This document shows positions 26,167 to 36,387 of a stretch of 64,000 nt of DNA, one piece after another. The translations under genes and the position numbers were made by a program. Location: NCBI GenBank assembly GCA_963815095.1, contig CAWFFH010000004.1:64001-128000 (forward strand), in the 5' to 3' direction. The DNA is from Candidatus Bathyarchaeota archaeon (GTDB lineage Archaea; Thermoproteota; Bathyarchaeia; Bathyarchaeales; Bathycorpusculaceae). Each line of letters begins with the position of its first letter. Positions within the stretch are counted from its first letter, which is position 1. A model generated the notes under the pieces. That model saw only the letters and a program-made list of their open reading frames with translations, ran no database searches and was not told the origin of the DNA.

Positions 26167-27189
26167 CTATACTTTTCCTTTTCTAAATTCGCTGAAGTCT
26201 TTGCTATAGATGACGCGGTCCTCTGTTATGATGGCTGTGACGTATTTGAGGGGGGTTGCGTCGAAGGAGGGATTCATGACTGTTACGCCATCGGGGGCGG
26301 TTTGTTGACAGCCTACGTGTGTGACTTCTTCGGCCTTGCGTTCTTCAATTTCGATGTCTGCGGCTTTGCGAGTTAAATCAAAGGTAGATTTGGGCGCGGC
26401 CACATAGAAGGGAATTTTGTGTTCATGCGCCAAAACAGCAACGCTGTAGGTGCCGATTTTGTTGAATACGGCGTCCTGCACAATGCGGTCGGCGCCTACT
26501 ATCACTAAGTTAATGAGTCCTTTACTCATGACGTAGCCCGCCATGTTATCCGTAATCAAAGTGACCGGGATTCCATCGCGTTTAAGCTCGTAAGCCGTGA
26601 GCCTTGCACCTTGCAGAAGCGGCCTTGTTTCGTCAGCTATTACTTTGATTTTTTTGCCCTCTTCACAAGCCGCGCGAACGACCCCTAAAGCGGTTCCGTA
26701 TTCAACGGTTGCAAGCTCGCCTGCGTTGCAATGGGTTAAAATGGTGTCGTCATCTTCAATCAAGATAGATCCGTTTTTGCCGATAGCGCGGTTTTGCGCT
26801 GCGTCTTCGTCGGCAATCTTTTGCGCCTCCGAAATAACCGCCGCTTTGAGCTCTTCAACGGTTCCCGAAACAGCTTTGACTTTGTTAAGAACTCGGTCGA
26901 CGCCCCAAAACAAGTTCACGGCGGTTGGTCTTTGACGTTTAATAACTGTGCCAGCCGTTTCGAGTTCAGCTAAGAATTTTTCTTTGGTTTTTGCATGTGA
27001 ATTGTAAGCTGCTAAAGCCATGCCGAACCCTGCGGCTGCACCCAAAAGTGGTGCACCTCGGACGCGTAGCATTTTTATGGCTTCAGCCATTTGGTCAACC
27101 GTTTTGATTTCGAGGGTGACTTCTTGGAGGGGAAGTTTGGTTTGGTCAGGTGTTATGACTGTTCCGTTTTGCCACTTAATCATCCGCAT
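26167..27189 (-). CDS. mtnA: S-methyl-5-thioribose-1-phosphate isomerase (eIF2B-alpha-like)
   Basis: VRGAP, RPTAVNL, LTHCNAG, ETRPLLQGARLT and NKIGTY motifs. Confidence 0.9.
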   Translation of the reverse strand: MRMIKWQNGTVITPDQTKLPLQEVTLEIKTVDQMAEAIKMLRVRGAPLLGAAAGFGMALAAYNSHAKTKEKFLAELETAGTVIKRQRPTAVNLFWGVDRVLNKVKAVSGTVEELKAAVISEAQKIADEDAAQNRAIGKNGSILIEDDDTILTHCNAGELATVEYGTALGVVRAACEEGKKIKVIADETRPLLQGARLTAYELKRDGIPVTLITDNMAGYVMSKGLINLVIVGADRIVQDAVFNKIGTYSVAVLAHEHKIPFYVAAPKSTFDLTRKAADIEIEERKAEEVTHVGCQQTAPDGVTVMNPSFDATPLKYVTAIITEDRVIYSKDFSEFRKGKV

Positions 27190-27335
27190 GTTAATACCTC
27201 AAACGTGAATGTGATACCGCATAGTTGTGGGCGGTTGTGTTAAAGATTTTCGATCCCTAACCCTTGAATTATAGAAGTAGTCGTCCTAAGGCCCCTACCG
27301 CCTACTACTTCTAAGTACGTTAAAGATTTTCTAGC

Positions 27336-27737
27336 CTAACGCTTGAAGCGCTGCACCAAATCAAACAGGTTCCCATACAAGTCCTCTAAAACCACATCCA
27401 CACCCCACTGTTGCACTTCGGGTTTGCCGTAGAATTTTATACCTTTCGCCTTTAGTGCCTTGTATTCTTTTCTACAATCATCCGTTTCCAAAGTGAGGAA
27501 AACATGGTCTCCCGCCTGCTTACCCACAGCTTTGCGTTTGGGTTCGGTGTTCGCCACAACTAAAGTCAACTCAAGGTCTGCTTGGTCCTTCGGCGAAACA
27601 GTAACCCACCGAACGTTTTCTGCGATGATTTGGTCTTGGCGTTTTTGGAATCCGAGTTTTTCGGTGTAGAATTTTAGTGCTTCGTCTTGGTCTTTTACAA
27701 GCAGGGTTATGTGGCCTATTTTGTTCATGGACTTCAC
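27336..27737 (-). CDS. VOC/glyoxalase family protein
   Basis: HITLLVKDQDEALKFYTEKLGF...DLYGNLFDL. Confidence 0.9.
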   Translation of the reverse strand: MKSMNKIGHITLLVKDQDEALKFYTEKLGFQKRQDQIIAENVRWVTVSPKDQADLELTLVVANTEPKRKAVGKQAGDHVFLTLETDDCRKEYKALKAKGIKFYGKPEVQQWGVDVVLEDLYGNLFDLVQRFKR

Positions 27738-27779
27738 TTTGCTAAGTTAATGAAAAGAAAAGGGTTGCTTAAGTTTTGC

Positions 27780-28532
27780 TTAAGAAGAAGTGTCAAAGGG
27801 GGATTTTAGGTGAGTGACGACTTCAACAGGGGAGTCTTCGCCTGATTTCAGACGTTTCTTCCATTCTTCGCCGACAGCGATGAGCGAGAATATGCCGGAA
27901 ACCTCAGCTTTGGATTTCTTCACCAAGTTGACGAGGGCTTCTTGGGTTTCACCGCTCTTAATCATGTCATCCACCACAAGCACTGAGTCGCGTTTTTTGA
28001 TGGATTCTTTGGGGATATAGAGAGTGACGGTTACTCCTGAATCTCTACCTAAAATATAAGTTTCCTCGAGGAACGCTTTTACACCGACTTCTTTGTTACG
28101 TTTTGCAACAATAAGGTTAACACCCAATGAATTTGCGACCATGGTGGCCAATGGGATACCATCGACGGCTGCAGTCAAAACTTTTGTTACCCGCTTACCC
28201 GCAAAATTTGCCAATGCGTGGTTTGCGGCTTGCTGGAGAATGTTGTAGTCTCCAACGATTTCGGTGTTATCAAAGTAGCCTATATCGTCGAATTTTATTC
28301 TGCTTCGAAGTTCCGCCTCTAAGCCGACGAGTTTGGTTAGAACGCGCCAGAGTTGTTTGGCTCTGGTTGTGTTTGGCAACACGTGACCTTTGGCGTAGCG
28401 GCTTAGAACTGTGACTGGTAAGCCTGTTTTTGTGGCTAATTCCCGATAGGTGATGTTTCGCTTGTACTTTGCTGTACGTAAAAGTTCGATTGTCATTAAG
28501 CGAAGTTTTAAATCTTCTGCGTGAGTGCTCAT
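27780..28532 (-). CDS. HTH-phosphoribosyltransferase fusion (PurR-like)
   Basis: N-terminal TYRELATKTGLPVTVLSRY HTH; VLVVDDMIKSGET PRPP motif. Confidence 0.88.
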   Translation of the reverse strand: MSTHAEDLKLRLMTIELLRTAKYKRNITYRELATKTGLPVTVLSRYAKGHVLPNTTRAKQLWRVLTKLVGLEAELRSRIKFDDIGYFDNTEIVGDYNILQQAANHALANFAGKRVTKVLTAAVDGIPLATMVANSLGVNLIVAKRNKEVGVKAFLEETYILGRDSGVTVTLYIPKESIKKRDSVLVVDDMIKSGETQEALVNLVKKSKAEVSGIFSLIAVGEEWKKRLKSGEDSPVEVVTHLKSPFDTSS

Positions 28533-28780
28533 TTTCCCTTACCCCTTTTTTACATTTATTAGTTAATTATTATATGCTATTGCATATTGTATCTTGCCAA
28601 TTTATAACTTTCCATTAAAATTAAATTGAAACAAACGTTAAAATTAACTGATGGGCGCTTTCAACATTAACCTTTTTAGATGCAACATTAACTGCTATAC
28701 TAAAAGGGGACACTTGGACGCAGAGAATTCAACGACTATTCATAATTGCGCTCTTCGGATCCATAATCTTCGTCACCAAC

Positions 28781-29266
28781 GTGTTTTTGCCGCCCCCACT
28801 AAACTATCTAATCATCGTCGTCCAAGCAGTCCTACTCGCTTTAAGCGGATTATTCATTCCAAAAGTAGGAGCCATGTATGTGGGCGCGGTGGGAGGTCTC
28901 TTAACGGCGCTGGTTAGCCCAGCTTTGGGTCCATTCACGTTCTTCTTCGCATTCCTCTTCGGCGTGTTCGTGGACGTATTCCTGTTCATTTTCAAAATCA
29001 AGGCTTCGCACCAAGGAGTAAACCGCAACCGACTGATAGCGGCAATGGCCCTGGCCACCCTGCTCATTGCCATTTCAAGCTACTCCGCATTCGCCATTTT
29101 CCCAGCCTACATCAAAGCGCAGGGGTTCTCGATTGTTAGTTTGTTTGTTCAAAGAAGCACAATGCTTGACGTGCTAGTGTTGTTTATGGGTCCAGCGACG
29201 GGTGCTGTGGCGGGTTACGCCTCTGCGTACCTTTGGAATAAGTATCTTCGTCACGTTAATGTCTAA
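28781..29266 (+). CDS. Membrane protein, ECF S-component-like (true start probably upstream)
   Basis: Five to six TM helices; the frame stays open and hydrophobic upstream (QRLFIIALFGSIIF) with no in-frame start codon. Confidence 0.55.
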   Translation: MFLPPPLNYLIIVVQAVLLALSGLFIPKVGAMYVGAVGGLLTALVSPALGPFTFFFAFLFGVFVDVFLFIFKIKASHQGVNRNRLIAAMALATLLIAISSYSAFAIFPAYIKAQGFSIVSLFVQRSTMLDVLVLFMGPATGAVAGYASAYLWNKYLRHVNV

Positions 29267-29541
29267 AGCGGCAGTTCTTTGATTTTCTGGTCAACGAGTT
29301 TGGCAATAATCAAATTAGAAATAAACACGCATTTGACTCCTAATAATTCGGCGAGTTCAGCGGGTTTCTGGTCCTGAGTCACCAAAATCAGATTGTTTTT
29401 GCCAGCGTATTCGACGACGTCGCGGTCTTTAGCACTCTTCAAACCTGTTTCTTGAGCTGTTAAAACCTCGTAACCTAATGTTTCCAAATATTCTTTCAAG
29501 CCGGCGTACATTTCGTCAAGAAGAATCTTCATGCTTTCCAA
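29263..29541 (-). CDS. DUF5615/Mut7-C PIN-like protein
   Basis: MKILLDEM...D...ILVTQD. Confidence 0.8.
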   Translation of the reverse strand: MESMKILLDEMYAGLKEYLETLGYEVLTAQETGLKSAKDRDVVEYAGKNNLILVTQDQKPAELAELLGVKCVFISNLIIAKLVDQKIKELPL

Positions 29542-29588
29542 GTTGTGCAGCTAAATTATTTAGCTTTTACCTATTTTGAAAAAATTTC

Positions 29589-30224
29589 TTAGTCGATTAG
29601 GAGTATTGCGAATGATTCTGGGTTTTTGGCGAAGGGAAAAGTAACTGTAATCCCTGCATTTGCGGCTGTTTTCTTGACGTTGACGCCAATTGCATCTTCG
29701 GACCAGCGTGCCAAGTTGGGGTGTGCACAAATTTTGGTTTCAATGTTGCATTTTTCGCAGAGTTGACAGTGACCGGAAACAAACGATATGGCTAAACTGT
29801 AGCCTTTGTTCATAGCTGCTTTTTCCAAATCCACAACGCTTTGGAGCATTTTGCGTTTGTCATCTTTCCAGTCTTGCCAGAACTTAGCGGCTTTTTCTTT
29901 GATTTCTTTGGAGACAGTTTGGTCGGTTTCGGCAACCATGAGTTTAGATAAAACTTCAGGTTCAGCTTGCGCATTTGAGATGAACTTCATAAACATAGCG
30001 TAACTATATTCAGTGACGATTTTGCGGAATTCCTCTGCACTGGGCGTGTAGGGTGGGCAGGCGAGGGTTTTGCCGTAGTGGTTGCAGCCGACTTTGCATT
30101 TGAGTACTACACGGTCTTCCACGACAACTTTGCTCGTGGGAATTATTTTGGCGTCGGTAGCCCCATTTTCAAGAGCTAGTTTGACTAGAAACTGGAATTT
30201 TTCAGCGCCACTTTCAGATGACAT
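29589..30224 (-). CDS. DUF2284 metal-binding protein
   Basis: LKCKVGC...YG...CPP; GHCQLCEKC...C...EDAIGVNV. Confidence 0.85.
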   Translation of the reverse strand: MSSESGAEKFQFLVKLALENGATDAKIIPTSKVVVEDRVVLKCKVGCNHYGKTLACPPYTPSAEEFRKIVTEYSYAMFMKFISNAQAEPEVLSKLMVAETDQTVSKEIKEKAAKFWQDWKDDKRKMLQSVVDLEKAAMNKGYSLAISFVSGHCQLCEKCNIETKICAHPNLARWSEDAIGVNVKKTAANAGITVTFPFAKNPESFAILLID

Positions 30225-30517
30225 TATTTCACTAACCTTCTTGCCCAGTCGTTTTCTTTTGATATAAAGCTTCTTTAGCTAAACGCTGTAACAGCTGATG
30301 GTTTAATTATTTTTGACAAAAGGGATTCTTTGTTTGTGAATGACAAAAATTTGTTCAGAGTTAGTGTATTGATGCATGGGACAGTTAGCAAATCGCAGTA
30401 TAGTAAGCGTAAGAATAATATAGCTAATCCATAAATGATGTTTGCACTGAGGGTGCGGTTGGTATCAAAAGCAAAATCAGTTCTATCGGTTATGTTAATA
30501 AAATCCAAGAAAACATT

Positions 30518-31618
30518 ATGAGTATCCGAAAAAAGGAACTTGCACCCCTCTACGAAGATTTGAAAGCTGCAGATTGCGTTATCTGTGGAGGGTCAGGACG
30601 CTCACTTTATTCACTTAACGCTGCCATGAGCCAGATTGCACTTAGCCAAGCAGGCTGGAGAAATAAAGTTGTTTTAACACCCGACGACCCGGGTTTTCCG
30701 GGCAAAAGCATGTATGACGCTGCAGCCGATCTGGAACGTCGCTACAAAAAAACCTTGCTTCTCATGAATTCAGGCAGCGGCTACAGCGACGACCCACTTG
30801 TCATGGCACAGGACCTAGCAAAGTATATTGAAGAAAAAAAATCGACCCATTTCTCTATGGGACTCTTCACATCAGCACTTTCTTCACCTTTAGCAGATGT
30901 AACCAGCAAATACGGCAATGTAGTTCAACTTAAAGGACGCGGCAAATCCAAACCCGGCACAGAATACGCTGAAACGGGCATGATGGGCGACATCTTCGAA
31001 CTCGGTACCCTTGAACTTTTAAACAGCATGATTGAATCCATCTTCCGAAACCTCGAAGTCGGCGACGTCTTCCGCCTATGCGAAGAAGAATTCGAGAAAG
31101 TCGGCGACATGATAGACAACAACGTTAACTCAGAAACCTACACCCAACTTGTCGATATCATGGAAAAACGAACAAACGTGTTCCTTGGCGGAAAAGGAAC
31201 TGGAAACGAAATCGCAAAGATGACAGGTGTCCGTCTTTTCCACATTAAGAGTTTCCTTGGCGATAACGTTTACATTACAAGAGGGGTCAACACTCCGCAC
31301 CCAAGAGCTGGAGACCTAGAAATTTTGTTGTCATTCTCGGGTGAAACGAGGCCAGTTATCATTTGGGCGGATGTGCTCAAAAAATTCGGCGGAACGGTCT
31401 TCGCGATAACAGGCAACGCAGATTCAACTTTAGCTAAAAAAGCCGACCTCAAAATCATCCTGCCCGAAGAAGTCAAGCCATCCACTCCAAGACGATTCTA
31501 CACCAGAGCAGCCTACGTGCTAAGTCCATTGCCGGTGAAGCTCGCGGAACGTCTCGGCGAGCGAGGACTTAACCTGCCCGAATACATCATCAGCTGGTAC
31601 CACTCCGTTACGCAGTAA
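30518..31618 (+). CDS. Tandem-SIS sugar isomerase-like protein (6-phospho-3-hexuloisomerase-related)
   Basis: GSGRS and NSGSG in domain 1; LSFSGET...FAITGNADSTLAKKADL in domain 2. Confidence 0.7.
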   Translation: MSIRKKELAPLYEDLKAADCVICGGSGRSLYSLNAAMSQIALSQAGWRNKVVLTPDDPGFPGKSMYDAAADLERRYKKTLLLMNSGSGYSDDPLVMAQDLAKYIEEKKSTHFSMGLFTSALSSPLADVTSKYGNVVQLKGRGKSKPGTEYAETGMMGDIFELGTLELLNSMIESIFRNLEVGDVFRLCEEEFEKVGDMIDNNVNSETYTQLVDIMEKRTNVFLGGKGTGNEIAKMTGVRLFHIKSFLGDNVYITRGVNTPHPRAGDLEILLSFSGETRPVIIWADVLKKFGGTVFAITGNADSTLAKKADLKIILPEEVKPSTPRRFYTRAAYVLSPLPVKLAERLGERGLNLPEYIISWYHSVTQ

Positions 31619-31622
31619 GAGG

Positions 31623-32223
31623 TTAATTTTTTCCTCTTTTTTCCAACATAACAATCATTGCATCCATTGAACCTTCAACAGAGAAAAGAGGCATTGGTAG
31701 TACTGGTCCTCTTTTGAAGTTGGCATCAGTAAAATACTTGTCGATGGCTTCCTTAGTTATTGGGTTGAATTGGTCATGAGCCGACGAGGTACTTTTCCCT
31801 CTAATTAAAAGTCTGCCCCCGTTTTTTAGAACCCGAAAAACTTCCAAGGCATATCGCGGTCGGTCATTGTCATCAATAAGATGGAACAATCCCCGATCAG
31901 TAACTAAATCAAAATGATGGTTTTGAATAGGTAGCTCCAAAATGCTCCCTCTTACCCAATTAATTTCAACATGAGCTTTTTTGGCTCTTTTTTCAGCGAT
32001 TCTTAGCGCGGCAATGCTGATGTCAATGCCTGTTACTTTAAATCCGCATCGTGCCAGAAAGATTGTATCTAATCCGCCGCCTGAAGCCAACATCCAGAAC
32101 ACTCGCGTTTTTAGTGATTGCACTGGCGGCTACAAGTGCAGTAAGTTCAGGGGATGAATATTTGAATTCCCAGTGTTTGTATTCCCCATTTGTATAAGCC
32201 GATTCCCAATAATCCTCTGACAT
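31623..32223 (-). pseudogene. Frameshifted class I SAM methyltransferase
   Basis: ORFs 32038-32223 and 31623-32123 give VLDVG+SGGGLD when one extra T (about 32085) is removed; VTDRGLFH motif. Confidence 0.75.
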
Positions 32224-32235
32224 GCTCAGACCTTA

Positions 32236-33651
32236 TTAATTTTTTAGCCAAAAAGGCTTGCCAATCAAGAAAGCGGTTAAAAATTCGGCAAAATCTCCTT
32301 CATAAATTTCAACTACTTCGGTGTTAACGAGGATTTTGAGGTTTTTCTGGATAGCTTTCGCGATTAAATCTGCGACGCCTGCGTTTTTGCCTCCGTCCGC
32401 CAGCTTCTCTTTTAACATCTCTGCTGCGTCTGTGGTTTTGCGTGGTAGCTCAACTATCCATCGTCCATCTTCAATGTATGGTCCAGAAACAACCAGCTCA
32501 TTATCACCATATTTGGTTAGGTATTTCTCGCATTCCACTTCTCTTTCGAGAGGTGGACCCAGATGTTTTTTGATGTTGGGCAAAATTTGCTGTTCAAGCT
32601 CAAATATGAAAACGCTTTGGGATTTTTCGTTGCTCCAAACGCCATCTTTTAGAACTTTAAAATCATTTATTTCAAGCAGTGTTCGCAGTGAACGTTTAGA
32701 ACGGTAGAGTTGGCCCCACAGAACGTCTGGAACTGTATTCAACTCTCCTATAACTAGAAAAATCATAGTTGAACTGCGTTCCCCAAGTTGGTGCCTCATT
32801 GCCCTCGCTGATAAAATTACCGGTTTGGGTGGATAAAAATAGTCTTGGGATGGTTTTTTCAGAAATGCCCTCGTTGCGCAGATAAATTCGTAGAGTTTTT
32901 GAGGTTGAACTGCTGACGCGACGTTTCTTCCTTTATCAACAGGGTCAACAATCACCAAAGGCTCAGGAAAGAGCAACGAGAGTTCGTTTTTTCGGTCCGC
33001 ATAGAAATTTTCGATATCAATAACAACCCGCCGACTATACCTTGCAAAAGCGTATATGGTTCCAGCGAAGGAGCCATATTTCATGATTAGAAGCTCGCAG
33101 AGGTAACCGCTAAAACCGCCAACTTTAATCTCTGCGCCATATACGTCAATTCCCTTCATGAACTTTTTAAGAAGACGAACCTCGCCACGCAGCTCTTTGC
33201 CCAAATGCTCCATGATATAGTCTGTATGGAAAGGCGTTCGATCAGTGGCACTTTGCCATTCACCCCGTTTAGCGTCATAACAGGGCACGATGTCCACGCG
33301 GTAACCCTCCACAAAGATTTGAAGATAAGGATGCTCTGCAAAACGTTCCAGCTGTTCAGCTTTTCCAGCGGCTTTTTTCGCAATTTTCAACCCCACATCG
33401 CCAAGGTTTTTGCGTGGAATAGATGTTGGTAGGCGCATAAAAATGTCTATGTCGGGGTTTTCGCTAAGCCAAGTGTCTTTGGCGATGGAGCCTTCAACTC
33501 GCACAATTGCCGGTATTCCTTCCTGTTGGCAAGCTGCCGTGATTTTCTTTTCCAGCTCGTGGCTTAACGCATCGATCTTGGCGTATTCCTCTTTTTTAGG
33601 CGTAATTTTTTTCAAAATCCGCTTAGTCAAAGCATCTAATTCGTTTTCCAT
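32236..33651 (-). CDS. cca: Archaeal CCA-adding tRNA nucleotidyltransferase
   Basis: GSIAKDTWL...DIDIF, AEHPY, DRTPFHT and GFSGYLCELL motifs. Confidence 0.96.
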   Translation of the reverse strand: MENELDALTKRILKKITPKKEEYAKIDALSHELEKKITAACQQEGIPAIVRVEGSIAKDTWLSENPDIDIFMRLPTSIPRKNLGDVGLKIAKKAAGKAEQLERFAEHPYLQIFVEGYRVDIVPCYDAKRGEWQSATDRTPFHTDYIMEHLGKELRGEVRLLKKFMKGIDVYGAEIKVGGFSGYLCELLIMKYGSFAGTIYAFARYSRRVVIDIENFYADRKNELSLLFPEPLVIVDPVDKGRNVASAVQPQKLYEFICATRAFLKKPSQDYFYPPKPVILSARAMRHQLGERSSTMIFLVIGELNTVPDVLWGQLYRSKRSLRTLLEINDFKVLKDGVWSNEKSQSVFIFELEQQILPNIKKHLGPPLEREVECEKYLTKYGDNELVVSGPYIEDGRWIVELPRKTTDAAEMLKEKLADGGKNAGVADLIAKAIQKNLKILVNTEVVEIYEGDFAEFLTAFLIGKPFWLKN

Positions 33652-33661
33652 GGCTTATCAT

Positions 33662-34234
33662 TTAGGGACAATATTCTTTGAGAGTTGAATAAGCTGGACC
33701 TTTGGGAGACAGCTGGCTTTTTTTCAGCCTCAAACAATCCGCTCTTATAATTCCAAAGTCATAATTAGCCTGCTTAGTAACCAAATCAACTAATCGCTCT
33801 TTATTTGCACCGGATCTAACACGTGCGATGGTTAAATGTGGCGTAAACCCATTGGGGTCGGGCGCAAAACCCAACTCATGGATTTGGGGTTCAAGCTGTT
33901 CAAATATGCTTGTGAGTTCTTGTGCACCATCAGTTATACCTGCCCAAACCACACGCGGATAATTAAGTGTTGGAAACACTCCAAGCCCTGATAGTCGAAT
34001 GTTAAAAGGGCTAAACTTGACGTTTTTCATAGCTAAGTAAACTTTCTCTACCTGTTCAGGACTGATTCCACCCAGAAAACGAAGTGTAATGTGAATGTTT
34101 TTTGGTTCAACAAGTTTTAGATCGGCGTTTGTTTGGATTAACATTTTTTGCGCTGCGGCAAGCCTGTTCAAAACGTTGTCGTTTTTCATGTCGAAAGCGA
34201 TGAAGCTTCTAATTTGTGGTTCTGGTTCTGTCAT
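33662..34234 (-). CDS. thpR: RNA 2',3'-cyclic phosphodiesterase (2H family)
   Basis: HITLRFLG and PHLTIAR motifs. Confidence 0.93.
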   Translation of the reverse strand: MTEPEPQIRSFIAFDMKNDNVLNRLAAAQKMLIQTNADLKLVEPKNIHITLRFLGGISPEQVEKVYLAMKNVKFSPFNIRLSGLGVFPTLNYPRVVWAGITDGAQELTSIFEQLEPQIHELGFAPDPNGFTPHLTIARVRSGANKERLVDLVTKQANYDFGIIRADCLRLKKSQLSPKGPAYSTLKEYCP

Positions 34235-34325
34235 ATTGTATCTTCACTATTTTTAACACATATCACTCATAAATGCTTTTTAATTAAAGATGCTTGCTAT
34301 AGAACCAAAATAAGGGTAAGTTAAC

Positions 34326-34892
34326 GTGAACGCTGACAAACTGGTTATTGGTTTAGCGGGGATGCCTGGTTCAGGGAAATCCTTGGTTGTTGAAACTGCA
34401 CGCGAGATGGGCTACAATATTGTGGTGATGGGCGATGTGGTTAGGCAAGAAACAACCAAACGCGGGTTAGAGTTGACGCCGCAAAACGTTGGAAAAGTCA
34501 TGCTTGAACTGCGACAAGAAGACGGAAACTATGTCATCGCCAAAAAATGCATCCCAAAAATTGAACAACAAACCAGCCCCAAAGTACTAGTTGATGGCTT
34601 AAGAAGCCTCTACGAAGCTGACATCTTCAAAGAACATTTCGCCAAATTCAGCCTTGTCGCAGTTCACGCTTCCCCCGAAATGCGCTTCAATCGTCTCTCT
34701 AACCGCCGCCGAAGCGATGACCCCGCAGAATGGAAAACCTTCAATGAACGGGATATGCGGGAGATTGGTGTTGGTCTGGGAAATGTTGTAGCGATGGCTG
34801 AGCAGATGATAGTGAATGATAATAGTGTCGAGTATGTTAAGGCTAAAGTGAAGGAGTCTTTAGAGAGGATTGAGGGGAAATGGTTGAAGTAA
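34326..34892 (+). CDS. UPF0200 nucleotide kinase (dephospho-CoA kinase-like)
   Basis: GMPGSGKS Walker A; VDGLRS; RDMREIGVG. Confidence 0.85.
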   Translation: MNADKLVIGLAGMPGSGKSLVVETAREMGYNIVVMGDVVRQETTKRGLELTPQNVGKVMLELRQEDGNYVIAKKCIPKIEQQTSPKVLVDGLRSLYEADIFKEHFAKFSLVAVHASPEMRFNRLSNRRRSDDPAEWKTFNERDMREIGVGLGNVVAMAEQMIVNDNSVEYVKAKVKESLERIEGKWLK

Positions 34893-35278
34893 CAGTTTTT
34901 GTTGAAGCAGAAATTAACCCTACTGAAAGCGAGGATAACGTTAAGGTGGCAGTTACTAACTTTTTGGAAAATGCAACCATAACCATAAAACCCGCCATCA
35001 AAGGAAGCACTTTAACCGCAGTAGCTAAAGGACAAGATTCACTCATAAAACTCCGCAATATGTTGCGCAACGACCGAATTCGTGATGCTTCAAGAAGATT
35101 GCTTTTTAAATCGATCCGAGGAACCATGATTAGCTTTTGCTTAAATAAACAGGTGGTTTTTTCAGGCCACATCTCATTTTCTGAACGAACCGCGGAGTCA
35201 CCACTGGGTCCGATTAGAGTCAATATTGAGACAGAAAACGCTGAGCAACTTATTGATTGGCTAGCAGAAAAAACTTAG
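34880..35278 (+). CDS. UPF0201/DUF54 RNA-binding protein
   Basis: INPTESEDNV, IRDASR, LNKQV and SPLGPI motifs. Confidence 0.85.
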   Translation: MVEVTVFVEAEINPTESEDNVKVAVTNFLENATITIKPAIKGSTLTAVAKGQDSLIKLRNMLRNDRIRDASRRLLFKSIRGTMISFCLNKQVVFSGHISFSERTAESPLGPIRVNIETENAEQLIDWLAEKT

Positions 35279-35292
35279 TGGGAAGATAGGGT

Positions 35293-36312
35293 TTGGCTGA
35301 AAGGGCATTGGTGACTAAAAGTGGCGCTGTTTTGCTAGGGGACAATGTCGCCTGTGACGCACACGACGCAAACAGGTCCCTTCGTGTTGTTACCCATGCT
35401 CATGCGGATCACCTCTATGGTTTACGCAGCAGTCTGAAGCGTTGCGAGAAAGTCTTAATGACTAAAGCCACCCGCGACCTCACAGAAACCCTCAACGAAT
35501 CGCTCAAACTCAAAGATTCACCAGCAGTAAAAACCTTAGAGTACGGCAAAGTCCTCAAGTACGGCGACGAAAAAATTAGCCTCATCAAAGCAGACCATAT
35601 TTTGGGTGCTGCGCAGGTTTTGGTCGAGGATGCCGGGGGAATACGGATTGTTTGGACAGGCGATTTCCGATTAGACGGCACACCAGTCGTTGATTGCGAT
35701 GTTTTGGTGGTTGAAGCAACCTATGGAAGTCCATCGTGCAGGCGCAACTTTGACGTTGATGTGCGTGAACTTTTAGTTTCCATGATAGAAAAGCGTCTGA
35801 GAGGAGGCACGGTTTACGTTTTTGGTTATCACGGTAAACTCCAAGAAATCATGCAGATTCTGCGGAAAGCAGATGTTGAAGTTCCTTTTGTTATGCCTGA
35901 ACGGGTTTACGAAGTAACTAAAGTTTGTGAAAAACACGGCATGAAGCTGGGTTGCCTCTCGCTCTCCACTGACCATGATGGTCACGAGCTTTTAGACGGC
36001 AACCTGCCCTGCGTAGCATTCTACCATATGAATCAACGGCAGCACGTGGGGTTACGGAATGCAAGGATTTGCGTAAGCGGCTGGGAGTTTCATAATCCAT
36101 GCCGACAAATTGGAGACCGCGAACATTTGGTGGCACTTAGTGACCACTCCGATTTTGATGGGTTAATCGAGTACGTGAAGCGTTCAAAAGCCAAGCAGGT
36201 TATCACCGACAATTTCCGCAGCAACGGCGACGCATTAGCTAAAGAAATCAATAAGCGCTTAGGCGTCTCCGCTGTCGCTATGCCTCGGGCAAACGGTCAA
36301 ACCACCCTTTAG
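35293..36312 (+). CDS. Metallo-beta-lactamase/beta-CASP nuclease
   Basis: THAHADH, HILGA, TGDF, EATYG and SDHSDF motifs. Confidence 0.88.
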   Translation: MAERALVTKSGAVLLGDNVACDAHDANRSLRVVTHAHADHLYGLRSSLKRCEKVLMTKATRDLTETLNESLKLKDSPAVKTLEYGKVLKYGDEKISLIKADHILGAAQVLVEDAGGIRIVWTGDFRLDGTPVVDCDVLVVEATYGSPSCRRNFDVDVRELLVSMIEKRLRGGTVYVFGYHGKLQEIMQILRKADVEVPFVMPERVYEVTKVCEKHGMKLGCLSLSTDHDGHELLDGNLPCVAFYHMNQRQHVGLRNARICVSGWEFHNPCRQIGDREHLVALSDHSDFDGLIEYVKRSKAKQVITDNFRSNGDALAKEINKRLGVSAVAMPRANGQTTL

Positions 36313-36387
36313 CGACAAGGTTTTGGGTTAAGGGTTGGTTAAAGTTTAAAAGCTAAAAGCCAAACACACACTTGCAAGTGAAATAAA

